From assembly GCF_020745735.1 (NCBI RefSeq), contig NW_026867509.1, positions 868,001 through 932,000 on the forward strand: a stretch of 64,000 nt of DNA, given 5' to 3'. Both the position numbers and the translations under genes were made by a program. Below, one piece after another: positions 36,617 through 49,000 of the stretch (position 1 is its first letter; each line of letters begins with the position of its first letter). The notes beneath the pieces are model-generated. The model had not been told where the DNA came from, did no database searches, and was given only the letters and a program-made list of their open reading frames with translations. This stretch comes from Hemiscyllium ocellatum. Lineage: Eukaryota.

Positions 36617-37874
36617 TGTGGGGAAAGAAACATCTCTTCATGTTGTTTCTTTTCCATCAGAGTAGCGCAGAGTACAATGCTTAATCTGCATTTGATTCAG
36701 AAAATTATGGAAAACCAAGACAAATAACAAAATGGCAGAACGTCCATTCTCCACCTCTGACAATTATTTGCAATCGACCCTGAGCAAATGTAGAACAATT
36801 GAAAATTCGTCCTTTCTTGAGGAGAGGCGAACTCACGATTTATGTCCCATTCCCAGCCCCAATCTAAATGCTTGCAGTCTGCAATGTTCTTGTCCAAGTG
36901 GCATTTGTTAAGTTATTTATGACTCTCCCCATTTCAGTTCTTCCTACCTATTCCCATTCACTCATTCTTTACTCACTCCTTTCCTTCCAACCTTGCTGCA
37001 TCACTCCGTGCTCCACTGCCATTTTTTTCAGACCAATCGTTTCTATTCATCCCAGTTTCTTCTTCATGATAGCCTGAAATGTATTATTATCCAGAAGAAA
37101 ACCCAGTCCAAATGTTTGAACCGCATCGCCAAGAATAATGTTTTCAATTGATCGTTGACGCTATCTGTTTTACACTCCATGCCCCTACTGCTACACCAAG
37201 GATTCTTTAACTGCGTATCATCATTACCAAGTTCTTACCCAGTTCCTGCATCAGATGTCTGTTTTATTTCTCTGGCTTTCTGTCTCTCTCTGTTTTTTTT
37301 TATTCAGTTACAAAGTGGGAAATTCATGGTAATAATTGCTGGAGAAAGTCCACAGTTCTGGAGGCATCTGTGAAGAGAAAGCTGAGTTAACATTTCGAAT
37401 GCAATGACAATTATCCTGATTTTGTTTTGCTTGCACTCTTTGATATTTCTTCACATACGTTTTGATTTATTTTTCAGGAAGACAGAAAGCATGTTTTCAG
37501 ATCGAATTTAGCTCTTCAATTCTCTTTATGCATTTGACCGTTACTCATTGCCATTCCACTCTTGCACAAGAGTGAATTTTCCTAATGGTGCTGATGTGCA
37601 GCTGCAGGTCGTCCATTCAGTTATGATTTTTCTTTTATTGATACTGTCAAATTCGTTTCTTAGTCACTAGGAAATTTGATTTCCTTATATTTAACCTTTT
37701 AATGAAATAATTCAAGGGAAGAATTTATGTTTTTAGACTGGAACCTAATTAAAATACAAATTCAAAAGCAATGTGGAATGTAAACCTCCACAGTTACCTG
37801 TCAGAAGTGCCCCTCAGACAAACCAGACACTGAGTAGCCGCAAATTTCGCGAAAGGAGAGTCAGGAATGGGAAG

Positions 37875-40800
37875 TGTTATGGACCAGGCTGGACAGCTCA
37901 AAACTATTCAAGAAGGTAGCCCTGACCCTAACTTTGCTCGTGTTTTAAGGAGGGATAAAGAGAATATTCCTGGGCGGGGGGTCTGGTGGAGAGAGTGGAT
38001 TTCAGGTAGTCGAACCACATAGTTTCAAACAAAACAGAATGAAGCACAAACAACATAAAACAGAATACTGAATAACTTGACCTCTCACGAAAATCGAAGA
38101 GATCATTGCAAATAAATGATGCTGTTCCAAATATTTGCAGCAATCCCCATAAACAGCCCTTCCCTCAAAAGTTAAAATCAAACTCAAATTCTTTCAGGTG
38201 GAAGTCAGAGCGAGAGAGAAAAAGAGAGTCAGTAAGCTGGAAAGCCTCGGCCTGAGGCAGGATCTTTTAACAGACTGGCCCTAAAATCCGACGTCCCAGA
38301 TTGTTCAGTGTCTGTGATTTACGATCTCTGAAAATAAAACAACTGACTGAATAACTGTGTTAAAGTAGCAGCTTCGTCACACCTACCCCTTTAAAAATAA
38401 TGAACCAACAATATCCAAAGATGGCTTAATTTTTCAAACACTTCAATATTCATTAGTATTCTAAGACACACATATACCACTACATTTACTATAAACGTGC
38501 ACTTTTTAGTCTGTTTTACACCTGCCACCGAATGCCTGCGCTTCTCATTCGAGTCTTGACAATATGTCGGCAATCACACTTTCTTGTTCTATCACATGCA
38601 CAATTTTCAGATCGAATGGTTGTAACAACAAGTTCGATCTGAAAGGTCTGTTTGTGTTGTCCCTAAGCGTCTCCACATTAACCAATAGGTTACGATCAGT
38701 GTATATGATTGTCTTAGATACATTACTGATAACATAAACACTGAAATGTCGTAATGTCAACACCAAACGCACATATTTTTCAACCGTCGAATATTTCTGC
38801 TGATGAATGTTCAACTGCCTGGAGAAGTACTAGATATGTACTTTTGTCTTCTCGTTAACTTTTTTTTAAGAGCGTGGCACCAACACCCACATCACTTGCT
38901 TTGATGATCACCTTGAATGGTTTTACAAAATTAGGTGTGGCTAATACAGGGGCAGTGGTTTACACAGGTTTCAGGCTGTGAAATGCCTTCTGACACTTTG
39001 TTCTCCACTGAAACGTCATGCTTTTGTTGAGCAATTCAGTGAGTGGAACAGTCACACTGCCAAAATTTGGTACACATTTTTGAAGCATTCACACAATCCC
39101 AGAAACGGCAGTATTGCTCTTTTAGGCAATCGTATGGGCAATTCCCGAATTACCTTTCTTTTGCATCGTGTTGAGCCATTTGCCCTGTTCAATAACGTAG
39201 GCCAGGAAGGTCACTTGGGCTTTAACAAATTCACTTTTATGCCTTCCAAAGCCGATTGAATAAGTCTGATAAAGGTTGTAAATGTCACTTCTGTGTCGTG
39301 TATAATGATGACGAAAAGTCACCAGGACAACGATATATGCGACGCAGTTGGGCAACCCAGCAATTGGTTACTCTCTGAAATGTGGCTGGCGCATCTTTCA
39401 TTCAAAGTGGCCTGACTTTAAACTCAATTTGGTGTAATGAAAGCCGAAAATGTGTCTGTTCTTTCTGAGAAAAGAACCTGTCAGTATCTCCGAGCAAGGC
39501 CAACTGAGAATAATAAGTTACTTCTTCCACCTTCATAACATAATCTTCCAATCACGGAATCGGGTATGCATCAGTCTTTATAACTGCATTGACTTTGTGA
39601 TCGTCCACACATAACCGTTGAGTGCTATTTGGTTTTGGCACTATTACTATGTGTAAGTTCCAATCACTGTAACTCACTTCAAATATGTCTTGGAGTATAT
39701 ATTCAATCTCCTTGTCAAGCTGTGCCAACTTTGAGGGTTATGCCTGTGAGGATGTTTCGTCATCAGAACAGCACCTTCTATGTCTAGATCATGCACAATT
39801 AAGTGAGTACTTTCAAGCTTAATTCCACTTACTCGTCCGAACCCCACCCCCACAACACCCAAACCCCCCCACCCCGCCTCCAGCCCATGTGATAGCAGCA
39901 ATTCTTTCAGGAAAAGTCGATTTTCCTCTGGCAAGTTAAGTCAATAATTTTTCCCAATTTTTGACAGTTTCCTCATTGTCGAATTTAATTTGAGGAATGT
40001 CCAATTAAGAATCCTCTGAACTTGGCTCTTCCCTCTGTGTTGTAATCGGAAACATATTCTCCTGCTGCTTACCTTCCTTGTCAAGATACCTTTTGAGTAT
40101 GGTCGCATGACACACTCTGTGAGATTTCTTTCTGTCGGGAGCCCTTATCAAGCAGTTCACCTCACTAAATTTCCTTTCGAGTTGAAGTTGGTAAGGTCCA
40201 AAAACCCTTGCCATTAAAGGTTTACCTCCCACTGGAAGTCACACTAATACTTTAGATCCCACAGAAAAATTGCGAAGTGCTGATTTCTTTTCTTCTTCTT
40301 GTTTCGTTATATACTGTTATGCTATTAAAACCCGTCTCGTCAACTCCTTGGCTCTATTTAATCGTTCCCTAAAATTTGACACATAATCCAAATAAGTCGC
40401 CTTTTACTTCTGACTATCAATTTCTATTTTCATCGATTTTAACGGTCCTCTCACTTCGTTGCCAAAATCTAATTAAAATGGATTGAACTTGATCAATACA
40501 TTTGTTGTTTCTCTGATCACAAAAACGCAAATGGAATTATCTTATCCCAATCGGCTGGACAGTCTTGACTATAAACCCTAAACATGGCCTTTAATATTTG
40601 AGGCCCCCTTTCTAGCACTCCCTGCAATGCTGAATGTTACAGAGTAGATCTAAATTGTTTTCATCCTAAGATGTCCATAACTTCCTTGAATAATTTTGAT
40701 GTGAAGTCTGACCCTTGATCTGATTGTATTTCTGTGAGTAGTACTTACCTCATGGAAAATTTGAGTAATATCACGACAAACCTTTTACCTGCAATCTTGT

Positions 40801-41900
40801 GAAATGCAACAGCCTCTGGAAATCTAGCCTTTTCGTAACACTCCTCTGTTTCTCTTTCATTATCTCCCTCTTCTCTCTGTCCTTCCTTATTTTTCCCTTC
40901 TGCTTTCAATCGTAATTCGTTGTCCTTCGCCTCTAACTCAAGTTGCTTCATTTTGAATTGATTTTTAAACATCTCTCAGGGCTCTGAAGGAGTTTCCAGC
41001 AAACATCTATGCTGAGCTCTTGCTGTAGGTAACTTTCATTTCCTCACAGAAGGAGGCAGCTCCAACTCCAGCATATCTGCTAATTACAGCGGCTTGGCCT
41101 TAATCACCTTTTGTAAAACCCGGAAGCCAGAAAACTCTTGGTAATTGAAAAAGCCATTTCTAAGCCAAGCACGATTTAAACTAACCAAAATCAACACCAA
41201 GAACAAAAGACGCAAGTACCTAACACTCACTGCCTTTGAATCCAACAACTCGAATCCCAATTTGGAACTAGAGCAAATCCAGGACGAGCCCTCAACCTGT
41301 TATGGACCAGGCCAGACACCTCCAAACATTTCAAGAAGGTATCCACAATCAAAACTTTACTAGTTGTTTAAAGAAGATGTAAAGAGGATATTCCAGGAGA
41401 TAATCAGCTGGGAAAACTCCGAGTGGTTTTCGAAAAGAAAGAATTCATTTACAAGATTACTGAATGAAACACGACCACGAAAATAACAAATAACTTCACC
41501 TTCCAAAAACGCAAAAGATCATCGCAATCTTATGATGCTGTTTCAAATACTTTCAACAATTCCCAAAAACATCTCATGGCACAAAAGTTCAAATCAAATG
41601 CAAGGCCATCCAGAATAGAAGTTAGAGAGAGTGTACCAGCCTAGACATGCTTCTGTAGATCCAGCAACTGTTTTGACACCACTGTTAAAAGAAACCAGAG
41701 ATATCTGAGCTCGTAGAAATGGCCACATCGCTTTCATTGACCAGCTTTCTTTCATTGAAAGCCTCCGCATGGGGCTTTATCCATTAGTTATTATCAAATT
41801 CGCCCTAAAACCGTCCACACCAGAGTTTTCAGTGTGTCATTTACGACTTCTCTGAAAAAAAAGGCCAACATAACTTTGTTAAAGGAGCAGCTTCGTCACA
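37875..41900 (-). mobile_element. Decayed Ty3/Gypsy LTR retrotransposon with Gmr1-like gag-IN-RT-RH order; LTRs 37875-38381 and 41298-41900
   Basis: Both LTRs start TGTTATGGACCAGGC and end GCAGCTTCGTCACA. PBS TGAGGGCTCGTCCTGGAT (41294-41277, tRNA-Pro-like); PPT AAAGGGGTAGG; flanks GAAG/GATG (possible 4-bp TSD, one mismatch). IN EIQSDQGSDFTSKLFKE (~40.7 kb), GPY (~40.2 kb), RT RLCVDDHKVNAVIKTDAYPIP (~39.6 kb), RNase H IVHV...VIADILSRL (~38.6 kb). Confidence 0.93.
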
Positions 41901-44439
41901 GATGACACGAATTCTGAAACCCCGCTCTCAGTGCTCTGCTGTCTTGGGGTATCAGTTGGTCCCACATTGCTGATTAGTCTTAGTTTCCCACTGTCATGAC
42001 ACGAAAGAACAGAACATTCTGACACAATATCTTTCATCAATTGGATGCAATTCCTCAGATTTCCAGTAGTCTTGCTATAAAGACTTTTTTTCTACATGTT
42101 CCACTTCTTCATTTTGTTACAGGTTATCTTGCTGCAAAGTTCATTTTTACAGCCCAAATTGGCCATGCACCCTCTCCCGATAATTCCCCCTGTTACGAAG
42201 TTGGAAGAGTATATGCTCACTTTAAGATACATAGTGCGTTCTGAATTTGAAAGTAAATTTGAAGTGCAAACACAACTGCTAGAATACAGAACAGCGAAGA
42301 GACGGACTGTTCCAAATTAGCTAAATGCCACAATGGCTGTTAAATGGTTACCTGAGTTTTGATTGTTGTTTTGACAACATTTCAAATTTGACCCATTGAT
42401 TTAATTAATTCCCAGGATACTAAAATCCAATAGAGTTTGAATTTGTTGCCTGAAAAAAATTGGGCCAATGAGAGGGAATGATATTGGAACATTTAAAAAA
42501 GGGTGCATTTTGCAAACTTACCAGAGCAACTGCCATCTGAAGATGTAAACATTTTACCTCAAAGAAATTTCAGCATGCACTATCCATCAAAAGTTTTTTT
42601 TCCCTGTAAAAGTAGGAAAAATTAACAAGATTACCCAGGGATGAATCGGAAGGCTGGAAGGAAGACCAGAAGGAAGACAGCATAAGAGGCTTATGGAATT
42701 TGAGAAATTAAGCCAATGAAATGTTCGGTATTTGTGTAATTGGAACTGCATTTTAAAGGAATTGTGTTCAGCTAAGGGATAGTGGTTGGTTATGGGAAAG
42801 AGTGTTTATGTTTGAGCTCAAGTTCAGCTTTTGATTGATAGTAATGCCAGAAATTGTTGACAGTCTTAGATTCACCAGTGATAAAGCCACTGCACCTTTG
42901 GATGAAATGTTTAGAACAAGTGTTATTTCAGATGTTCATTGCACGGAACTTGGTTCGCCCAAACGTTACTTCCACTTAACAGTAGAAATTTGGGTGTTGT
43001 TGATGTCTTCCACGACATCATGAAGGTATACTATTTCAATGTGTCAGGAGTCATGTATGATTCCTAATATTTTGCAATCATCATCGCATGTTCGCACTTT
43101 TGACACTGTAATGGAGGCAAGATCATTGATGAAGCAGATGAAGATGGATTGACCTCGAATATTATCCTGAGGAACCCCTGCAGACATGTCCTTGGGCTGA
43201 GAAGGCTGGTTTGCAACAACAATAACATATTCCTTTGTGTTAGATAGCGGAGAGCTGGTCGCTTGATTCCCATTAATTCTACATTAGTTAGGGATCCGAG
43301 ATGGCATATTACTCAAATGCGGCCTGTAGTTTACAGGCAGTCATTCTCTTCTCTGATATGGAGTTCATGTGTTGTTTCCACTTTTAAACTAAGGCTGCAA
43401 TTAGAAAACGAGTGATCCTACCTTGATCCAAGATGAGTATAAATCACCTGCACAAACACAACCTGATGGCACTATCGATAGAATCATCCAGCACTTTCTT
43501 GGTGATAGACAGTGGACTGTTCGAACATTAATTGGCCGGATTGGACTTGTTCTTATTTTTATAAGAAGCAACGTAATTGGGCAGCATTCCACTTTACAGA
43601 TAAGTGTTCGTGTTGAAGATAAAATGGAATAAGTTGGCTGACGGCACGAATGTTGGGAACACAAACCAGAGTTATATCCTCGAAAACTGCAGGTTGAGTT
43701 CTTTACATTTCGTACTTGAGGAATGTACAAGACAGCAGAATTGGAGGCATGTGGTGATAGCAGGTGTCTATGAATTCCAAATGGATACAAATGGCAACAT
43801 TACTGTCCTTAGAAGCATTATGAAGAGTTTAATCAAAATGAGGTGATGCCAAGCGGATCACCAATCTTGGTCAACATGCCTGCGTCAAGGGCTGAAGTGG
43901 ATACTATACGAAGGTGAGGAACTCAGACTCGATTCCAGCCTTGTCTGTGTAGGGTTTTCACACTCTGCCTTCGGATTCGTAAGTTTCTGCTGCATTGTCA
44001 GGATTCCTCCCATAATCCAAGATATGCAGGTAAGATGGATTGACCAAGCTAAATTGCGCCATTGTGTCCAGGTAATATGAAGGCTAGATGGGTTATCCCT
44101 TAACAATGCGGGGTTATGGGGTCATAGTTGGTATGGACGGGATGCTCTCCGGAGATTTGGTAAATACTCGAAACGCCAAACGACCTCTTTCCACACCTTA
44201 GTTAATCTATTTAACTATAATGTTTGAATGGATAGGTGGATATTACCAGAAAGAAGAAATTGTAATGGGATAGATTTCAGGAACTGCGGTATTGACAAAT
44301 GATGTGTCCTGAGTGAGTCTATGTTTTAGAAGAGTCATTATCTCAGAGAGATGAATGATTTTTTGAGATGATATTAGTAACAGACTGGATAAGACAATGG
44401 CTGGCATTTGAAATTGCAATACTAGCCTCTCTCCCTTTT

Positions 44440-45335
44440 GACTATTTACATGCAAGTTGATGATAATCGTAAACATGTCCTGAAGATGGTGCAGACTCCC
44501 ACGTTGTATCACATACTATCTGATGGCGATAGGTTTCACGGATTTCCTTGTTATTATCACTGGGTGCATTCTGATTAGAATCGGCCACATTTATCTTCGA
44601 TACACAATCTGATCTTTTACACGAGCGTGTGCGTTTAACGCAAGATTGGTCTACATCAGCCATGATGGATCAGTCTGGCTGATAGTGGCGTTCAGCATTG
44701 ATTGTTTTGTGACAATCATTTGCCCGATTCTGAGTACCAGATACTGCAAGGAGAAAACTGCATTGCTCGTCATAGGCGTGATCTGATCCTTGTTCTGCAG
44801 CAAGAACGTCGCTTTGCACTTTGTCTCTCAACCCTTGGCTATACTGGATGGGATGCCTTCGTCCTGTGGCATTGAGCCCATCTTCTTCGCTTCACCTGTT
44901 TGGCAGGCCTACCACTACGGTGGCCGTATCTTAACTCCATTTCTCCCGTTCTTTCTCATTCTACTGCCCAACGTCCTCACTGTTAGGCATATCTCAGAAG
45001 TTACCGTGTCACATAAGAGGCTCAGTGGCTCTCAGAATGGTGATGATCAAGAGATGGCCAAACGCAAAAGGCCCATTGTTTTGCTGTATGATATCTCCAA
45101 CAGTTTTCTACTCCTGTCAGGCACATGTGTAGGACGATTCCTCTACATTCAGGTTACAGGAGAGGATTACATTGGTGGCCAAGATTTTAATGACCCACAA
45201 TACATCCTCTCAGAGATGACAAATATGCGTCAGTTATTCATTTCCTGCATAAACTTCTTCATGTATGTGCTAGCTCAGAAAAAGTCCCGAGAGGAATTGA
45301 AGGAGGTGCTAATGCATCCTATTACCTTATAACCA
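44440..45335 (+). pseudogene. GPR139-like GPCR pseudogene (lineage A, exon 2 remnant)
   Basis: ORF 44790-45332 (ILTPFLPFFLILLPNVLTVR...DFNDPQYILSEMTNM...INFFMY); the 5' part is frameshifted. Acceptor-region sequence is shared with the 7.0-kb copy. Confidence 0.88.
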
Positions 45336-45539
45336 GTTGCCTTAAATTGCAAAAAAGCGCAACAGAAAATCCCCACATAAGTTTTCCTACATCATTGTGT
45401 CTCAGAATGTTATGCTGCATTACAATGCTGAAACAAATGTTGTGTATTTAAGCTCCTGAACTAGTGAAATGTAAAACTCTCTCTGCTACCAATAATTATA
45501 AAATACAGAAAAATTGGAGGTTCTGCATTTCTGGGTGGC

Positions 45540-46060
45540 GTGGGAAATCAAAATCTACATCGATGGTCACAATTATGAAATTAGGAGAGGGGGGAAGGAA
45601 ATATTTAAAGAATTTCCCCAGTGATGAGGAACACCAGGAACATCAAAGTATAGGAAAGTTTATGCCTAATTGCTTGGGAAAAGAAAAGTTTGAACCCGGG
45701 TGAAGTATAAGTGTTTAGAATGACAAGGACTCTGAATAGACTGGAGGAAGGTAACGGTTCCCTATGATGTAAGGATTTACAGGCAGCAAATGGTACACAT
45801 TTCAGGCACACGGGAGACGAAAGGACAATGGTATCATAATTTCAATAAACACAGAGAAAGTATAGAAGTTATGGGAATCTAACTGAGAATCTGTTACAGG
45901 CAGGTTCTACAGAAACTTTCAAAAAGGGAAAATAAATTTCAGAAACATAAATATAGTCCTCATCTGTGGAAGGCGACTGGCCCGAGATAAATTGCTCTTT
46001 CAGGCACATTCACATTAGCCGAATGGCTCTTTTTTTGTTCCAATATGTCTATGTTCCCAA
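45540..46060 (+). mobile_element. Highly decayed CR1 3' fragment
   Basis: Residual RT-end and tail similarity (AGGTTATGGGAATC-like, GCCGAATGGCTC...TTCTATGTT-like tail). Confidence 0.5.
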
Positions 46061-48359
46061 CATTCTTCTTAGGATCATGAACTCAAATTGACTTTTCATA
46101 GCATATCCGTTAACAAAGTATGTCTTGTTCATGGCATTGAAATCATGATAATGTATATTGCATGAATCTGTTTAAAAACATAACTGCACTGGAACCAGAC
46201 TCAGTTTACATGAGTACATCAAGAGTACATCAAGTGATACCTCTGGTTATAATACAGCAAAACTTGACTCAATTTAACCTAAAAGCTTGCCCAGTTACTG
46301 CATAGGAGCATATGTCATAGGACTCGAATATGTGTCCATTCGTGCATACTGCGATAATCAACAGGATAATGTCTGGTAAGGCTTTTCTCTCATTTCCACC
46401 TTTGGATTCGGTGTCGTCATTACTGGAATTGCATCCAATCAAAGCACTGGCCTAAAGTATCTTGTTGGGCAAGTGTTTTCATACAGTGATGGCCCTTTGC
46501 GGGATGCACAAGTCACTGCTCCAGTGATTTAAAAACGCAGTGAACAGTTTCCTTGATTTCTGATGCAACTTCAATTTTTTATATGTTTCAACTTGCGAAG
46601 TATTTTGCTGGATTCACACCCGTTCTTTCTTCGAATTTTGGATTTCTACATTAGAATTAATGTTCCACATCAGGATTGTAACAAATTTACACTTGATCTG
46701 TAACTTGAAATTCACAGATATGAATGATTGCGCTGGAATTTCCTCTGGATTTGACTTACAATATTCCAATGTGAACTTTTCTGATTGATATTCCAAACAG
46801 TTTTATTAATTGCACGGGTTAATATTCTGCAGACAGAGCGGCTAGTAGAATGACAATTCAGTTAACCTGGAATTACATAGTTCATTTAATGGCGGACGTG
46901 AAACGGTAAACAATTGATATGACTTAAGATCAACAATCTTTGATATCGTTTAGAAGTGTATTGCCAGAGTTCCCTGGTGTGCATGTGTATCCTGACAAAG
47001 CGGTTGATTCTTAATTAACCTCCGAATATATTTTTCAATGCACAAAATTCAAAGGGCAATTAGGGAAAGGCAAAAATGCTGCCTTTACCAGTGACAACTG
47101 CTGGAGATTTCAGGGATACTGCTTTTTCTCGTAGTTTGATCACGTGAAACGCTCGTTCCAGGTGAAACTGTTGAAAACAGAACTCACAAACTCTGCAGTA
47201 CATTGCTCCTCTCAGAGACCTATTCAAACCAGAATTGAAATGGTTCATCTTTTGACCGTACATATTCAAGCAAAACTTCAATATTTATAAATATATTCTT
47301 AAAATGGATTGATGCTGCCAGTTTAGGAAATGAAAAATAAAGAACGTGTTTTGGGCCTTTCTAAAAGTCTCGAAGTTTTTCCCCATTAAACAAATGGGGC
47401 GCTGTAGAAAACCTAAGAACCAGTTTAGTAGAGTAAAATCTTACTGCAAGTAACTGCAGCACCGATTCGAGTAACATTGAAATGTTACATGGTTCCAATA
47501 CGAAAATACTTGAAGAGACAGAATCATGTCAAACACAAAACAGTGGCATGGTGTCATTGTATCACTTTAAACAGAAGAGGGAATAACAGGTATGCAGATG
47601 TAGAGAGAGAGATTCTGAGCCTCCTATTCATCAGGTTGAAAGTCATTCATTCAAAAGTCTCTCCAGGACAAAGGCTTTCACATTGCAGACAGAGATGATA
47701 ACACACACACACACACAAACCTATCGACCAGCAACATTTCATCACTTTAACAAGAGAGACAGATAAAGGGAAAGAGATGCTGACTCTTTTCTTCAGATAA
47801 AGCTCCGAAACAACAGACAATCCATTGCACACAGGTACAGATATAGAAACATACACAAACATAGAAACGCACATGAATATACACTAAATACAAAAATACG
47901 TACTTACAAACACACATGGATAGTTACGAGCAGAGATACAGAAACACACAGATAGAGAAACAAAAACACAAATATATGGACGCATGTACTCACTGTCTGG
48001 GTATCTCTGACAGTCCATCTCTCGAATTTCCCTTGTGCAATCTTGAAAATGTCAAACTTCGGAGACATTCTGAGAATAGAGTTCATGAAGCGCGTTCCCT
48101 GTGGGCTGGAATGTTGCTAACTGAGCTCACATTCTCCGGATAATGCGTCATTAATTTAGGAATGAAGTGAGGAAACATTACTTCGCACAAATGATTATGA
48201 AACTTTGTAATTCTAAATTAAATTTGTAATGAATCAACAAAGTAATTCCACCGCAATTATAAGATATAAATAGACATCTTTACTCTTGGTGTGAAACTAA
48301 TGAACGGTCACACCAGGGAAAGAGTGATTTGCCACACAATTCCCCGGTCACTCTGCATT

Positions 48360-49000
48360 TTATTCTGTATTGGGTGCAGGTTTGCTTGCTGAACTGCAGG
48401 TTTGATATCCAGACGTTTCATTATCTGGCTAGGTAACATCATCAGTGGCGACCTCCAAGTGAAGCGAAGCTGTTGTCTCCTGGTTTCTTTTTATACCTTT
48501 CTCCTGGAAGGGGTTCCTGGGGTTTGAGGTGATGTCATTTCCTGTTCGTTTTCTGAGGGTTTGATAGATGGCATCTAGATCTATGTGCTTGTTTATGGCG
48601 TTGTGGTTGGAGTGCCAGGCTTCTAGGAATTCTCTGGCACGTCTTTGCTTAGCCTGTCCCAGGATAAATGTGTTGTCCCAGTCGAAGTGGTGTTTTTTTT
48701 TCATCCGTGTGTAGGGCTATGAGGGAGAGAGAGTCGTGTCTTTCTGTGGCACGTTGGTGTTCATGTATCCTGGCGGCTAATTTTCTTCCTGTTTGTCCTG
48801 CATAGTGTTTGCGGCAGTCCTTGCATGGAATTTTATATATGACGCTGGTTTTGTCCATGGGTTGTCCTGGGTCTTTTAAGTTTGTTAGTTTTTGTTTGAG
48901 AGTTTTGGTGAGTTTGTGTGCTACAAGGATTCCGAGGGTCCTCAGTCGTCTGGCTGTCATTTCTGAAACTGTAATATTTAGTATAGTCACAGGATAAGTA
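48360..49000 (-). mobile_element. Penelope-like element 3' fragment (GIY-YIG plus terminal repeat)
   Basis: VIYKIPCKDCRKHYAGQTGRKLAARIHEHQ and FDWDNTFILGQAKQRRAREFLEAWHS, split by a frameshift at an A8 run. Confidence 0.92.
48409..48448 (-). ncRNA. Minimal type I hammerhead ribozyme motif in the Penelope terminal repeat
   Basis: CCA-CUGAUGA-U-GUUACCU-AGCC-AGAUAAU-GAA-ACGU-C/UGG: intact core, helix II 6 of 7 pairs, palindromic ACGU helix III, 3-bp helix I (CCA/UGG), GUC cleavage triplet. Confidence 0.7.
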
